A stretch of 64,000 bases of DNA from the NCBI RefSeq assembly GCF_046542825.1, contig NZ_JBKHAQ010000002.1:5407-69406 (forward strand). Reading direction: 5' to 3'. Below are positions 18,415-29,559 of the stretch, piece by piece; within the stretch, counting starts at the first letter, position 1; each line of letters starts with the position of its first letter. The position numbers were made by a program, and so were the translations under genes. The DNA comes from Rhodosalinus sp. (GTDB lineage Bacteria; Pseudomonadota; Alphaproteobacteria; Rhodobacterales; Rhodobacteraceae). Under the pieces are notes generated by a model. It searched no databases. It saw nothing but the letters and a program-made list of their open reading frames with translations, and was not told where the DNA came from.

Positions 18415-18720
18415 CTCAGCGGGCTGCCGATCTGGCGGGCGGGCGCGCCTGCCACAACGGCGCGCGCTTCGACGTCCCGCGTGACCACGGCGTGGGCCCC
18501 GATCTCGGCATGGGCACCCACCTCCAGCGGCCCGAGAAGCTTTGCCCCGGCTCCGATATCGACGTGTCCGCCCAGCACGACGACCCCCGACAGGGTGACC
18601 TGATGGAAGATCAGGCAGTTGGGGCCGATGCGCGCCTCGGGGTGGATCACGATCCCGTTGGGATGTGTCGGGAGCAGCCCGCCCTCGATCTGCGCGCGGA
18701 TCGGAATGTCGCATTGCGTG
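18415..18720 (-). pseudogene. Remnant of a CysE/WcaB-like hexapeptide-repeat acetyltransferase
   Basis: HPNGIVIHPEARIGPNCLIFHQVTL...IGAGAKLLG...IGAHAVVTRDV...VAGAPAR; no credible start/RBS or N-terminal part; no in-frame stop until deep inside the antisense GT4. Confidence 0.65.
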
Positions 18721-18839
18721 GGCCGTGGCGTGATACATCGCCGGGCGCGTGCCGGCAATCTGCCGCCGGCCGTGCCGCGGACGGTTCAATCCGCCACCGC
18801 GCCGCGCTAGAAGGGCCGCGCGGTGGAAGGGATCAGGCA

Positions 18840-20363
18840 ATGGCGACGAAACCTGTGGTGCTGTGCATCCTGGACGGATGGGGCTTGTCCGAGGTGCGCG
18901 AGGCGAACGCGCCCGCGCTGGCCGACACGCCGCATTTCGACCGGATCTGGGCGGACTGCCCGCACGCCACGCTCGTCACCCACGGCCGCGATGCGGGCCT
19001 GCCCGCCGGACAGATGGGCAATTCCGAGGTGGGGCATACCAACATCGGCGCGGGGCGCGTAGTCGCGATGGACCTCGGCCGCATCGGCCTGGCCATCGAG
19101 GACGGCAGTTTCGCGGCCGCGCCGGCGCTGCGCCGCTTCATCGGGCGTGTGCGCGAGGCAGGCGGCATCGCGCATCTGATGGGCCTGGTCTCCGACGGCG
19201 GGGTGCACGGGCACATCGACCACATGCTCGCCGCCGCGCGCGCGATCACCCAAGCGGGCCTTGCCGTGGCGATCCACGCGATCACCGATGGCCGCGACGT
19301 CGCGCCGAAAAGCGCCGAGGACTACATGGCGCGGCTGGAAGCGGAACTGCCGTCGGGCGCCCATGTCGCCACCGTCACGGGCCGCTACTACGCGATGGAC
19401 CGCGACAACCGCTGGGAGCGGGTCGCCAGAGCCTACAACGTGATGGTCCGCGGAGAAGGTGCGCGCCACGCCCCCAACGGGATCGAGGCGGTGCGCGCGG
19501 GCTATGCCGAGGGGCTTACCGACGAGTTTCTGGAGCCCACCGCGATCGGCGACTGCGGCGCGATGCGCGACGGCGACGGCCTCTTCTGCCTGAACTTCCG
19601 GGCTGACCGCGCGCGGCAGATCCTGCGCGCCATCGGAGAGCCCGGATTCGCCGAGTTCGACACCCGGCCGCGCCCGAAGCTTTCCGCCATGCTGGGGATG
19701 GTCGAGTATTCCGAGGCGCACAACGCCTTCATGGACACCGTCTTTCCCGCGCAGGACATCCCCGACACGCTGGGCGCCTGGGTGGCGCAGAAGGGGCTGC
19801 GGCAATTCCGCCTGGCCGAGACGGAGAAATACCCTCACGTCACCTTCTTTCTCAACGGTGGCCGCGAAGCGCCCTACGCGGGCGAGGATCGCTACATGGC
19901 GCCGTCGCCGAAGGTGGCGACATACGATCTCGCCCCCGAGATGGCCGCAGGCGAGGTGACCGACAGCCTGGTGGAGGCGATCGGGGCGGGGTACGACCTG
20001 ATCGTGGTGAACTACGCCAACCCGGACATGGTGGGCCACACCGGCGATCTGCAGGCCGCGATCCGCGCCTGCGAGGCTGTGGACCGCGGCCTTGGCCGCG
20101 CGCTCGACGCGCTGGCGCAGGCGGGCGGTGCCATGATCGTGACCGCCGATCACGGCAATTGCGAAACCATGGTGGACCCCGAGACCGGCGGCCCGCACAC
20201 CGCGCATACCACCAACCCGGTGCCGGTGATCCTGGTGGGCGGCCCATCGGGCGCGCGGCTGCGCGAAGGCGGGCGGCTTGCGGATCTGGCGCCCACCGTG
20301 CTGGCGCTCATGGGGCTTGACCAGCCGGCCGCCATGACCGGCGAGAGCCTGATCGCGGCATGA
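18840..20363 (+). CDS. gpmI: 2,3-bisphosphoglycerate-independent phosphoglycerate mutase
   Basis: KPVVLCILDGWG, QMGNSEVGH, AETEKYPHVTFF, NPDMVGHTG, TADHGN. Confidence 0.97.
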   Translation: MATKPVVLCILDGWGLSEVREANAPALADTPHFDRIWADCPHATLVTHGRDAGLPAGQMGNSEVGHTNIGAGRVVAMDLGRIGLAIEDGSFAAAPALRRFIGRVREAGGIAHLMGLVSDGGVHGHIDHMLAAARAITQAGLAVAIHAITDGRDVAPKSAEDYMARLEAELPSGAHVATVTGRYYAMDRDNRWERVARAYNVMVRGEGARHAPNGIEAVRAGYAEGLTDEFLEPTAIGDCGAMRDGDGLFCLNFRADRARQILRAIGEPGFAEFDTRPRPKLSAMLGMVEYSEAHNAFMDTVFPAQDIPDTLGAWVAQKGLRQFRLAETEKYPHVTFFLNGGREAPYAGEDRYMAPSPKVATYDLAPEMAAGEVTDSLVEAIGAGYDLIVVNYANPDMVGHTGDLQAAIRACEAVDRGLGRALDALAQAGGAMIVTADHGNCETMVDPETGGPHTAHTTNPVPVILVGGPSGARLREGGRLADLAPTVLALMGLDQPAAMTGESLIAA

Positions 20364-21475
20364 GGTGTCTGGCGGCCCTGCTGATCGCGCTCGCGGGGCC
20401 GGTGTCCGCCGATCCGGCGGAAGAGGCGCGCGCCGCGCTCGCGCAGCTCGATGCAGCGATGCGGTCGCTGGACGAGGCCGAGGGCGGGCGCGACCGGGTT
20501 GCCGCGCTGACCGAGACGGTGCGCGGCCTGGAGGCCGGCCTCGCCGCCATGCGCGAAGGGCTGCGCGCGGTCGCGATCCGCGAGGCGCAGCTTGACCGCA
20601 GCCTTCAGGCGCAGGAGGCCGAGGTGGCGCAGCTTCTGGGCGTGCTGCAAAGCATCGGCTCGGCGCCGACGCCGGTGCTGTTCCTGCATCCCGGCGGCCC
20701 CCTTGGCACCGCGCGGGCAGGCATGCTGGTGGCGGAAGTCACGCCGGCGCTCGAGGCAGAGGCCGCCGCCCTGCGCGAAGACCTGCGTGAGGTGGCGACG
20801 CTTCGCGCGCTGCAGGAGGCCGCTGCAGAGCGGTTGACCGAGGGGCTGACGAGCGTGCAGCAGGCGCGCACCGCGCTCAGCACCGCCATCGCCGACCGCA
20901 CCGACCTGCCGCGCCGCTTCACAGCCGATCCCGTGGCCACGCAGATCCTGATCGCGGCGAGCGAGACGCTGGAGGGTTTCGCCAGCGGGCTGGCCGAGAT
21001 CGGCTTCGCGGATCCCGACGCGCCACCGCTGCCCGGGATCTCCGAGCGCAAGGGCGCGCTGCCCCTGCCGGTCGAGGGCACCGTGCTGCGCCGCGCGAAC
21101 GAGACCGACGCGGCCGGGATCGCCCGGCCGGGCATTCTCGTCGCCACGCGCCCCCGCGCCCTGGTGACCACGCCCGCCGCCGCGACGGTGCGGTATCGCG
21201 GCCCGCTGCTCGACTACGGTCAGGTCAGCATCCTGGAACCCGAATCGGGTATCCTGCTCGTGCTGGCCGGCCTCGACACGGTCTTCGGCGAACCCGGACA
21301 GGTTCTGCCGGAGGGCAGCCCGGTGGGACTGATGGGCGGGGAAGAGCCCTCGCCGGGCACGAATCCGTCACAGGATGGTGAAGGGGCTGGCTCGCCCCTG
21401 TCGGAGACGCTCTATATCGAGGTACGGACCAATGACGCGCCCGTCGATCCGCTCGACTGGTTCCGCGCAGACTAG
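20360..21475 (+). CDS. envC: Murein hydrolase activator EnvC-like (coiled coil plus degenerate M23 domain)
   Basis: Signal peptide, helical coiled coil, LPLPVEG...LYIEVR...PVDPLDW; gpmI-envC-ctpA context. Confidence 0.8.
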   Translation: MRCLAALLIALAGPVSADPAEEARAALAQLDAAMRSLDEAEGGRDRVAALTETVRGLEAGLAAMREGLRAVAIREAQLDRSLQAQEAEVAQLLGVLQSIGSAPTPVLFLHPGGPLGTARAGMLVAEVTPALEAEAAALREDLREVATLRALQEAAAERLTEGLTSVQQARTALSTAIADRTDLPRRFTADPVATQILIAASETLEGFASGLAEIGFADPDAPPLPGISERKGALPLPVEGTVLRRANETDAAGIARPGILVATRPRALVTTPAAATVRYRGPLLDYGQVSILEPESGILLVLAGLDTVFGEPGQVLPEGSPVGLMGGEEPSPGTNPSQDGEGAGSPLSETLYIEVRTNDAPVDPLDWFRAD

Positions 21476-21488
21476 GGAAGAGTATCGC

Positions 21489-22829
21489 ATGAACAAGACG
21501 CTGATGGCTGCCGCCGCCGGCACGCTCGCCGGAATTCTGGCAACGACCCAGGTCGCCGGTCCGTTGCTCGCGCAGGAGGACATGCGCGGCTCGAACGTCT
21601 ACGAGCAGCTCGACCTGTTCGGCGACATCTTCGAACGGATCCGTGCGCAATATGTCGAAGAGGTGGACGAGGCCGACCTGATCGAGGCCGCGATCAACGG
21701 GATGCTCACCTCGCTCGACCCGCATTCCAGCTACCTGTCGCCCGAGGATGCAAGCGCCATGCGCGTCCAGACCCGCGGCGAGTTCGGCGGGCTGGGCATC
21801 GAGGTCACGCAGGAGGACGGCTTCGTCAAGGTGGTCTCGCCGATCGACGGGACGCCTGCGGACGCCGCGGGTGTGCAGGCGGGCGACTTCATCACCCATG
21901 TGGACGGCGAATCGGTCCTTGGCCTCACGCTCGACGAGGCGGTCGAGCTGATGCGCGGCCCCGTGGGCTCCGAGATCATCATCACGGTCGTGCGCGAGGA
22001 CCAGGCAGAACCCTTCGACGTCTCGATCATCCGCGACACGATCAAGCTGACCGCCGTGCGCTCGCGGCTGGAGGGCGACAGCGTGATCCTGCGCGTCACC
22101 ACCTTCAACGATCAGACCTTTTCCAATCTCGAGGCCGGTCTCGCGGAACAGGTCGAGGAGGCCGGCGGGCTCGAGAACATAAACGGCATCGTGCTCGACC
22201 TGCGCAACAACCCGGGCGGCCTGCTCAACCAGGCGATCGAGGTCGCCGACGCCTTTCTCGACAAGGGAGAGATCGTCTCGACCCGCGGCCGCAACCCCGA
22301 GGAGGGCGACCGCTTCAACGCGACGGCGGGCGATCTGGCAGAGGGCAAGCCCATCGTGGTGCTCATCAACGGCGGCTCCGCCTCGGCCTCCGAGATCGTG
22401 GCAGGCGCGCTGCAGGACCACCGCCGCGCCATCGTCGTGGGCACCAAGAGCTTCGGAAAGGGTTCGGTTCAGACGGTCATGCCGCTTCGCGGCGATGCGG
22501 CGATGCGGCTGACGACGTCGCGCTACTACACGCCGTCGGGCCGGTCGATCCAGGCGCTGGGCATCTCGCCCGACATCCCCGTGCAGCAGCCGCCGCGGCG
22601 CGAGGCCAGCGAAGAGGAGGAAAACGGGCCCGCGCTTCCCTCGCGGTCGGAGGCCGACCTGCGCGGCCGGCTCGACAACGACAGCCTGAGCGAGGACGAG
22701 GTCCGCCAGATCGAGGAGGATCGCGCGCTTGCCGATGCCTCCGCGCGGCTGCGCGACGAGGATTACCAGCTGGCCTATGCCATCGACATCCTCAAGGGCC
22801 TGACGGCGCTGGTCCCAGCCCAGGAGTGA
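21489..22829 (+). CDS. ctpA: Carboxyl-terminal processing protease (S41, PDZ)
   Basis: LDPHSSY, GGLGIEV, LDLRNNPGGLL, SASASEIVAGALQD, SFGKGSVQ. Confidence 0.94.
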   Translation: MNKTLMAAAAGTLAGILATTQVAGPLLAQEDMRGSNVYEQLDLFGDIFERIRAQYVEEVDEADLIEAAINGMLTSLDPHSSYLSPEDASAMRVQTRGEFGGLGIEVTQEDGFVKVVSPIDGTPADAAGVQAGDFITHVDGESVLGLTLDEAVELMRGPVGSEIIITVVREDQAEPFDVSIIRDTIKLTAVRSRLEGDSVILRVTTFNDQTFSNLEAGLAEQVEEAGGLENINGIVLDLRNNPGGLLNQAIEVADAFLDKGEIVSTRGRNPEEGDRFNATAGDLAEGKPIVVLINGGSASASEIVAGALQDHRRAIVVGTKSFGKGSVQTVMPLRGDAAMRLTTSRYYTPSGRSIQALGISPDIPVQQPPRREASEEEENGPALPSRSEADLRGRLDNDSLSEDEVRQIEEDRALADASARLRDEDYQLAYAIDILKGLTALVPAQE

Positions 22830-22836
22830 ACAGGGG

Positions 22837-22910
22837 CGGGGCGATCTTTCGGCAGGAAGATCGCCCCCGCCCGCCGCCGCGCGCGAAAAATCTTCGAAGG
22901 AGATTTTTCG
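22837..22910. repeat. Paired-palindrome element, family A copy 1
   Basis: GGGGCGATCTTTC-GGCA-GGAAGATCGCCCC followed by CGAAAAATCT-N7-AGATTTTTCG. Confidence 0.7.
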
Positions 22911-22931
22911 GACCAGTCCCGGAGCTTCGCG

Positions 22932-23420
22932 ATGACCCCCGATGAGATCGCCCGCCTGCCCTATCGCCCCTGCGTCGGCGTGATGCTGACCAATGCCAGG
23001 GGCGAGGTCTTCGTCGGCCAGCGGATCGACAACCCCGGCCCCGCCTGGCAGATGCCGCAGGGCGGCATCGACCCCGGAGAGAGCGTCGAAGAGGCCGCGC
23101 TGCGCGAATTGCGCGAAGAGACCGGCGTGACCCCCGACCTCGTGCGCCTCGAACGCGAAAGCGCGGACTGGGTGACCTACGATCTGCCGCACGAGCTTGT
23201 CCCGAAGATCTGGAAGGGCCGCTTTCGCGGGCAGAAGCAGAAATGGGTGCTGATGCGCTTTCTCGGCACCGACGACCGGATCGACATCGCCACCGAGCAT
23301 CCCGAGTTCTCGACCTGGCGCTGGATCGCGCCGGAGGCGCTGCCCGGCGTGATCGTGCCCTTCAAGCGGCAGGTCTACGAAGAGGTTCTGGCGCAGTTCG
23401 CGGGCGCGCTGGGCCGCTGA
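22932..23420 (+). CDS. rppH: RNA pyrophosphohydrolase (Nudix)
   Basis: [43 protein letters not shown]. Confidence 0.93.
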   Translation: MTPDEIARLPYRPCVGVMLTNARGEVFVGQRIDNPGPAWQMPQGGIDPGESVEEAALRELREETGVTPDLVRLERESADWVTYDLPHELVPKIWKGRFRGQKQKWVLMRFLGTDDRIDIATEHPEFSTWRWIAPEALPGVIVPFKRQVYEEVLAQFAGALGR

Positions 23421-23485
23421 GGAACGGTCGCGCCGTTGCTTGCGTTTGGTCACCGAAGGACACCAGACGCAAGGGAGGCCGACCC

Positions 23486-23917
23486 ATGACCGGCAATGCA
23501 CCCTCGGTAATCGACCGGACCGTGCACGAAACCAACGAATGGCTGAACGAACTGGCCGAGGCGATCGGCGGCAGCAAGCAGGATGGCTATCATGCGCTGC
23601 GCGCGGGCCTTCACGCCCTGCGCGACCGGATGGTGGCGGACGAGGCCGTGCATCTGGGCCAGCAACTGCCGCTCCTGATCCGCGGCATCTATTTCGAGGA
23701 CTGGAAGCCTTCGGCCACGCCGCACAAGCAGCGCTCGCGCGAGGCCTACCTCGATTTCGTGCGCCAGAAACTCTCGCAGGACGGCAGCAGCATCGAGCCC
23801 GAAACCGCCCTTGACGGCGTGTTCACCGTGCTGAAGATGCATATCGACAAGGGCGAGCTTGGCCATGTCGCCGACCAGCTGCCCGGGGAAGTGACCGAGA
23901 TGATGCGGGTCGCCTGA
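23486..23917 (+). CDS. DUF2267 family protein
   Basis: TNEWL, LRAGLHALRDR, LGQQLPLLIRGIYFEDW; GGAGG RBS. Confidence 0.8.
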   Translation: MTGNAPSVIDRTVHETNEWLNELAEAIGGSKQDGYHALRAGLHALRDRMVADEAVHLGQQLPLLIRGIYFEDWKPSATPHKQRSREAYLDFVRQKLSQDGSSIEPETALDGVFTVLKMHIDKGELGHVADQLPGEVTEMMRVA

Positions 23918-23966
23918 ACCCGGCCCGGTGGTCGGGCGCCGCGATGCGTCGCCCGACTCCACATGA

Positions 23967-23981
23967 GAACAAAACATGAAT
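23967..23981 (+). promoter_or_regulatory. Alphaproteobacterial LexA (SOS) box
   Basis: GAAC-AAAACAT-GAAT, one mismatch to GAAC-N7-GAAC, 16 bp upstream of dnaE2. Confidence 0.8.
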
Positions 23982-23997
23982 ATACTCGCGACTCGCC

Positions 23998-26925
23998 ATG
24001 GTCGCAGAGCTTTCGATCACCACCAACTTCACCTTCCTCACCGGGGCCTCCCACCCCGAGGAGCACATGCAGCGCGCCGCGCTGATGGGGCTTTCGGCCA
24101 TCGCGGTGGCCGACGTGAACTCGGTCGCCGGTATCGTCCGCGCCCATGCGGAGGCGCGCAGGATCGCCCGCGAGGTGGCCGAGATCGAGACGCGCCTGCG
24201 CGACGGCCGGTTCATCGGCCCGCCCGCGCCGCCCGGTCTGCCGCCGCCCCCCTCGGCCAACATCCGCAACGTGCCAAGGCTGATTCCGGCCGCGCGGATC
24301 GTGCTGTCCGACGGGCCGGAGTTCACCGCGCTCGCCGCCACGCGGGCGGGATGGGCGCGGCTCTGCCGGCTGATTTCGCGCGGGCGGCTGCGCGCGCCCA
24401 AGGGCGATTGCGCGCTGCGGATGGAGGACGTGCTGGAGGGAATGGAGGGGCTGGAGCTTCTGCTGCACCCGCCGGCCCGCGCGCTCGACCCCGGCGCGGA
24501 CTGGCGGCGGCAGGCGGACCGCCTCGCGCGGCGTTTCGCGGCGCAGATGCATCTTGCCCTTGCACCTGTCTACGACGGGCAGGATGCCCGCCGCTTCGAC
24601 CTTTGGGCGGAGGAGGCCGCGCGGCTCGGCCTGCCCGCGCTGGCCACCGCGCGGCCCCTCATGCACCACGGTCGCCGCCGGCGGCTGGCGGACGTGATGA
24701 CGGCGATCCGCACCGGCACGCGGGTCGATGCGCTGGGCCGCGCGGCGCTGGCCAACGGGGAACAGCGGTTGCGCTCGCCGGCGGAGATGCGCCGCCTCTT
24801 CCGCGGGCACGAGGCGGCGGTGGAGCGGACCGGGGCGCTGGCCGCGCGCTGCAGCTTCGCGCTTGACGAGTTGCGCTACGAGTATCCGTCCGAGGTGGCA
24901 GAGGGCGAAAGCGCGTCCCAGCGGCTGAACCGCCTCGCCCGCGAGGGGCTGCGCTGGCGCTATCCCGAGGGCGCGCCGGAGCGGGTGACGAAGCTGATCG
25001 AGCACGAACTCGCCCTGATCGCCAAGCTGAACTACGAGCCCTATTTCCTGACCGTGCGCGATATCGTGGCCTTTGCCCGCGCGCGCGGCATCCTCTGCCA
25101 GGGGCGCGGCTCTGCCGCCAATTCGGTGGTCTGCTACTGCCTCGGCATCACCAGCGTCAGCCCCGAGATCGGGACCATGGTCTTCGAGCGCTTCGTGTCC
25201 GAGGCGCGGGACGAGCCCCCCGACATCGACGTGGATTTCGAGCACGAGCGCCGCGAGGAGGTGATCCAGTGGATCTATGACCGCTACGGCCGCCACCGCG
25301 CGGGCCTCTGCGCCACCGTGATCCACTACCGCGGCAAGCGCGCGATCCGCGAGGTGGGCCGCGCCATGGGGCTTTCCGAGGACACGGTCGCCGCGCTTTC
25401 CTCCCAGCTCTGGGGCTTCTACGGCATGAGCGGGACGGAAGCGGAGCGCCTGCGCGAGATCGGCCTCGACCCCGCCGACCGGCGGCTGGGGCAGACGATG
25501 GAACTGATCGACGAGATCATCGGCTTCCCCCGGCACCTCAGCCAGCACGTCGGCGGCTTCGTCATCACCGAGGGGCGGCTGGACGAGCTCTGCCCGATCG
25601 AGAACGCCAGCATGGAGGACCGCACGGTCATCTGCTGGGACAAGGACGACATCGACGCGCTGGGCATTCTCAAGGTGGACGTGCTGGCGCTGGGGATGCT
25701 GACCTGCATCCGCAAGGCCTTCGACCTGATGCGCCAGCATCACGGGGCGGACTACACGCTGGCCACCCTGCCGCAGGAGGACCGCGCCACCTACGACATG
25801 CTCTGCCGGGCCGATTCGGTAGGCGTCTTCCAGGTCGAGAGCCGCGCGCAGATGAACTTCCTGCCGCGGATGCGCCCGCGCTGCTTCTACGATCTGGTGA
25901 TCCAGGTGGCGATCATCCGCCCCGGTCCCATCCAGGGCGACATGGTGCACCCCTACATCCGCCGCCGGAACGGCGAGGAGCCGGTGACCTTCCCCTCCGA
26001 CGCGCTGGGCGCGGTGCTGGGCAAGACGCTGGGCGTGCCGCTCTTTCAGGAGCAGGCGATGCAGATCGCCATCGTGGGCGCGAACTTCACGCCCGACGAG
26101 GCCGACCGCCTGCGCCGTTCGCTCGCCACCTTCAAGAAGCACGGCAACGTCAGCGAGTTCCGCACCCGCTTCCTGCGCGGGATGGCGGCCAACGGCTACG
26201 ACCGCGACTTCGCCGAGCGGTGTTTCAGCCAGATCGAGGGCTTCGGCAGCTACGGCTTCCCCGAGAGCCACGCGGCGAGCTTCGCGCTGCTGGTCTATGC
26301 CTCGGCCTGGATCAAGCGGCACCACCCCGGCCTTTTCGCCTGCGCGCTGCTCAACGCGCAGCCGATGGGCTTCTACGCGCCGGCGCAGATCGTGCGCGAC
26401 GCACGCGAACACGGGGTCGAGGTGCGGCCCGTCTGCATCAACAGGAGCTACTGGGACAACGCGATGGAGCCCGACGGGCGCGGCGGGCTCGCCCTGCGGC
26501 TGGGGTTCCGCCAGATCCGCGGGATGAAGGAAGAGGACGCCGCCTGGATCGCGGGGGCGCGCGGCAACGGCTACCGCTCGGTCGAGGATGTCTGGCGCCG
26601 CGCCGGCGTGGCGCCCGCCCTGCTGGCCCGGCTGGCCGAGGCCGACGTCTTCGCCGACCTGCGGCTTCCCCGGCGCGAGGCGCTGTGGCAGGCCCGGGCC
26701 CTGCGCGCGCCCGCGCCGCTCCCGCTCTTCGAGGGCCAGATGGAGGGCGAGGGCATCGCCGAGCCCGCCGCCCGTCTGCCCGCCATGACGCTGGGCGAGG
26801 AGGTGGTGGAGGATTACGTCGCCATGCGGCTCACGCTGCGCGCGCACCCTGTGGCGCTCTTGCGCGACCGGCTGACCCCGCCCGGCGCCTGGGAGCGGGG
26901 CGCGCCGGCCGGGACCGGCGCCTGA
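23998..26925 (+). CDS. dnaE2: Error-prone DNA polymerase DnaE2 (ImuC), ending before the C-terminal OB-fold region
   Basis: [77 protein letters not shown]. Confidence 0.93.
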   Translation: MVAELSITTNFTFLTGASHPEEHMQRAALMGLSAIAVADVNSVAGIVRAHAEARRIAREVAEIETRLRDGRFIGPPAPPGLPPPPSANIRNVPRLIPAARIVLSDGPEFTALAATRAGWARLCRLISRGRLRAPKGDCALRMEDVLEGMEGLELLLHPPARALDPGADWRRQADRLARRFAAQMHLALAPVYDGQDARRFDLWAEEAARLGLPALATARPLMHHGRRRRLADVMTAIRTGTRVDALGRAALANGEQRLRSPAEMRRLFRGHEAAVERTGALAARCSFALDELRYEYPSEVAEGESASQRLNRLAREGLRWRYPEGAPERVTKLIEHELALIAKLNYEPYFLTVRDIVAFARARGILCQGRGSAANSVVCYCLGITSVSPEIGTMVFERFVSEARDEPPDIDVDFEHERREEVIQWIYDRYGRHRAGLCATVIHYRGKRAIREVGRAMGLSEDTVAALSSQLWGFYGMSGTEAERLREIGLDPADRRLGQTMELIDEIIGFPRHLSQHVGGFVITEGRLDELCPIENASMEDRTVICWDKDDIDALGILKVDVLALGMLTCIRKAFDLMRQHHGADYTLATLPQEDRATYDMLCRADSVGVFQVESRAQMNFLPRMRPRCFYDLVIQVAIIRPGPIQGDMVHPYIRRRNGEEPVTFPSDALGAVLGKTLGVPLFQEQAMQIAIVGANFTPDEADRLRRSLATFKKHGNVSEFRTRFLRGMAANGYDRDFAERCFSQIEGFGSYGFPESHAASFALLVYASAWIKRHHPGLFACALLNAQPMGFYAPAQIVRDAREHGVEVRPVCINRSYWDNAMEPDGRGGLALRLGFRQIRGMKEEDAAWIAGARGNGYRSVEDVWRRAGVAPALLARLAEADVFADLRLPRREALWQARALRAPAPLPLFEGQMEGEGIAEPAARLPAMTLGEEVVEDYVAMRLTLRAHPVALLRDRLTPPGAWERGAPAGTGA

Positions 26926-26957
26926 TGCGCCACCGGCGCCAGGCAGCGGAAGCCGGC

Positions 26958-27029
26958 AGGGGGGCTGTCTGCCCCCCTCGGCGGCTGCGCCGCCTCACCC
27001 CCCCGAGGGTATTTCGGGCAAGAGGAAGG
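26958..27029 (+). repeat. GC-hairpin intergenic repeat, family B copy 1
   Basis: GGGGGGCTGTCTGCCCCCC / GGCGGCTGCGCCGCC / CCCCCGAGGGTATTT-N6-AAGAGGAAGG. Confidence 0.85.
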
Positions 27030-27053
27030 GCTGGGGAGGGGGGCGCCCGCCGC

Positions 27054-27794
27054 TCAGCCCGCCGGCTCGACCACGCCCAGGATCGGACCCATCGCGCGGC
27101 CGAAGTCCGACCGGCCGAGCGAGGGCGCGTGCAGGCGCGAGACGCTGCCGTCGAGGTAGAGCGCCTGCGGCAGCCCCAGCGCGTCGCGGAAGAGGCGGCC
27201 GAATTCGTGGAAGGTGACCGGCACCTCGGAGATCGCCATGACAAGGCGCCGGCCGTCCGCGCTGGTGCCCACGCCGTTGCGCACATGGCGCGAGGTCGAG
27301 TCGGGCAGGAAGCGCGGGTGCAACTCGCCGTCGATCACCAGCATCGGCCCGGATTGCGTGGCGAAGCGGCAGGCGGGCGCCGCCTGTTCGAAGCGGCGTG
27401 TCTCGATCACGTCGGCGCGGCCGCTGCGCAGGCAGAGCACCCCGTTGGGCAGCAGGCCGAAGTTGCCGGGCCCCGCGGAGGTGACGAGATACATCGCCTC
27501 CTCGCCCTCTTCGACGTAGAGGCCCACAGGCGCGCGGTCCTCGTGATACATGCCGGCGTTCATCGCCGGGCCGAGGCTGAGGCCGCGCGCCGCGAGCGCG
27601 GCGTCGAGCGTGGCGAAATGGCCGTAGGGCTTGCCCGTCGCATCCGAGTGGAACAGGCGCAGGTCGTCCCGTGCGGGGTCGAGCTCGCAGATGGTGTAGG
27701 ACCGCTCCCCATGCTCGATGCCGCGGCAATCGGCCGCCTTCGCCGGAAGCCCCAGGCCAAGCCCCAGCGTCGCCGCAAGCAGGGCGCGCAACAT
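27054..27794 (-). CDS. Phosphodiester glycosidase (NAGPA/YigE-like) family protein
   Basis: Signal peptide; [40 protein letters not shown]. Confidence 0.85.
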   Translation of the reverse strand: MLRALLAATLGLGLGLPAKAADCRGIEHGERSYTICELDPARDDLRLFHSDATGKPYGHFATLDAALAARGLSLGPAMNAGMYHEDRAPVGLYVEEGEEAMYLVTSAGPGNFGLLPNGVLCLRSGRADVIETRRFEQAAPACRFATQSGPMLVIDGELHPRFLPDSTSRHVRNGVGTSADGRRLVMAISEVPVTFHEFGRLFRDALGLPQALYLDGSVSRLHAPSLGRSDFGRAMGPILGVVEPAG

Positions 27795-27800
27795 GCGCGC

Positions 27801-28196
27801 CTAGTCCTCGGTGTCGCGCCGCACGTCGGGCTGCGCGAGCAGGCGGCGCGTCTCGTCCATGCGGTCGAAGCTCTCGTCGATGCGGAAGCGCAGTTCTGGC
27901 GCGAATTTCAGTTCCAGCCCCTTCGCCACCTGGCGCCGCAGCTCGGCGCGGTTGCGGTCGAGAAGCGCCAGCGCCTCGTCCTGCCCGCGCCCGCCCAGCG
28001 GCAGGACGAAGGCGGTCGCGACCTTGAGGTCGGGCGAGGTGCGCACCTCGCCCACGGTCAGCGACAGGCGGTTCAGATCGGGGTCGTGCACATCGCCGCG
28101 CATCAGAACGTCGGACAGACGCCGGCGGATCAGCTCACCCACGCGAAGCTGCCGTTGACTGGGGCCGCTCCGGCCCTGGGATCGGGGATGCGCCAT
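27801..28196 (-). CDS. rbfA: 30S ribosome-binding factor A
   Basis: [40 protein letters not shown]. Confidence 0.95.
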   Translation of the reverse strand: MAHPRSQGRSGPSQRQLRVGELIRRRLSDVLMRGDVHDPDLNRLSLTVGEVRTSPDLKVATAFVLPLGGRGQDEALALLDRNRAELRRQVAKGLELKFAPELRFRIDESFDRMDETRRLLAQPDVRRDTED

Positions 28197-28280
28197 GCCC
28201 GGACACTTAAGGCCGCGCGCCGGCTTTGCCAAGCGGTCGCCGCTGCGCTAGGGCTGCCGTTGGCAACGAAGGGGACGGGC

Positions 28281-29099
28281 ATGGCGGATCTGCCGGGGAT
28301 CGTGGTGACGGGCGTCTCGGGGCGCATGGGCCGGATGCTGGCCGAGGCGGTGCGCGACAGCCCGCGCGCCCGGCTGATCGGGGCGCTGGAGCGGCCGGGC
28401 CACGACTGGATCGGCCGCGATCTGGGCGAGGCGGCGGGCGGCGCGGCGATCGGCGTGACGGTGACGGATGACCCGCTCGAGGCCTTCGCGCGCGCCCGCG
28501 CGGTGCTGGATTTCACCACGCCGGAGGCGACGGTGGGCTTCGCCGAGATCGCGGCGCAGGCGCGGCTGGTCCATGTCATCGGCACGACCGGGATGGACGA
28601 GGCGCAGCTGGCCCGGATCGCCGCGGCGGCGCGGCACGCCACGGTGATCCGCGCGGGCAACATGAGCCTTGGCGTCAACCTTCTGGTGCAGCTCACGCGG
28701 CGGGTGGCGGCGGCGCTGGACGAGGATTTCGACATCGAGATCGTCGAGGCGCACCACCGCCACAAGGTGGATGCGCCCTCCGGCACCGCGCTGATGCTGG
28801 GGGCGGCGGCCGCCGAGGGGCGCGGCGCCATCCTGTCCGAGGTGGCCGACCGCGGCCGCGACGGCATGACGGGCGAACGGGCGCCGGGCGCCATCGGCTT
28901 TCACGCGGTGCGCGGCGGCGACATCGTGGGCGAGCACGAGGTGATCTTTGCCGGGGCGGGGGAGCGGATCGTGCTGCGCCATGTCGCCACCGATCGCGGC
29001 ATCTTTGCCCGCGGGGCGCTGAAGGCCGCGCTCTGGGGGCAGGACAAGGGGCCGGGCGCGTTCGACATGGCCGATGTCCTGGGGCTTTCGGGCGCCTGA
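28281..29099 (+). CDS. dapB: 4-hydroxy-tetrahydrodipicolinate reductase
   Basis: [41 protein letters not shown]. Confidence 0.96.
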   Translation: MADLPGIVVTGVSGRMGRMLAEAVRDSPRARLIGALERPGHDWIGRDLGEAAGGAAIGVTVTDDPLEAFARARAVLDFTTPEATVGFAEIAAQARLVHVIGTTGMDEAQLARIAAAARHATVIRAGNMSLGVNLLVQLTRRVAAALDEDFDIEIVEAHHRHKVDAPSGTALMLGAAAAEGRGAILSEVADRGRDGMTGERAPGAIGFHAVRGGDIVGEHEVIFAGAGERIVLRHVATDRGIFARGALKAALWGQDKGPGAFDMADVLGLSGA

Positions 29100-29194
29100 T
29101 CGGCGAACCCTTGCCGATATCGCGCGCGGCCTTGATTTGGTGACGCTGCGGCACATCTTCGCGTCGGGAGCAAGCACCGAGGGGAAAGACCGCG

Positions 29195-29548
29195 ATGCGT
29201 ATCACCGCCGCAGCATTCGCCGCGCTGACCGTCTCCGCCGCGCCCGTCGCCGCGGAATTCGCCCGTGTGACCGACGAAAGCCAGTTCCGGCAGATCGTGC
29301 AGGGGCGCGAGCTGACCTATCCGCTCGTGCGCCTGCAGGTGGTCTCGGACGGCCGGATCGTGGGCAAGGGGGCCGGGCGCGAGGTTTCCGGCGAGTGGGA
29401 CTGGCAGAACGGGCTGTTCTGCCGCGACCTCAACTGGGGGCAACGGGAGCTGGGCTACAACTGCCAGACCGTCGAGGTGCGCGGGAATACCGTGCGCTTC
29501 ACCGCGGACGAAGGGCAGGGCGATCACGCAGACTTCCGCCTGCGCTGA
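29195..29548 (+). CDS. Small secreted conserved hypothetical protein
   Basis: Signal peptide ending VAA; two-Cys motif FCRDL..YNCQ; typical codon usage. Confidence 0.75.
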   Translation: MRITAAAFAALTVSAAPVAAEFARVTDESQFRQIVQGRELTYPLVRLQVVSDGRIVGKGAGREVSGEWDWQNGLFCRDLNWGQRELGYNCQTVEVRGNTVRFTADEGQGDHADFRLR

Positions 29549-29559
29549 GGCTCGACCTT

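Noticed and set aside
17328-18758. 476-aa acetyltransferase fusion
   Set aside because: Only about 100 aa are acetyltransferase-like; the rest is antisense to the GT4 gene. Treated as a pseudogene.
23746-26847. 1033-aa minus-strand ORF and other long antisense ORFs (e.g. 21225-23501, 40704-43058, 54134-56650, 51547-53190)
   Set aside because: Shadow frames of real genes, expected in high-GC DNA with few stop codons; no recognisable motifs.
26220-29099. Apparent large fusion ORFs in the track (959-aa DapB, 1062-aa DUF1674, 932-aa permease, 616-aa CysQ, 607-aa MnmD)
   Set aside because: Upstream extensions overlap other genes; recognisable protein begins at internal starts, most with an RBS.
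29195-29548. Second dihydrodipicolinate reductase
   Set aside because: No Rossmann or DapB motifs, and it has a signal peptide; only its position next to dapB suggests the name.
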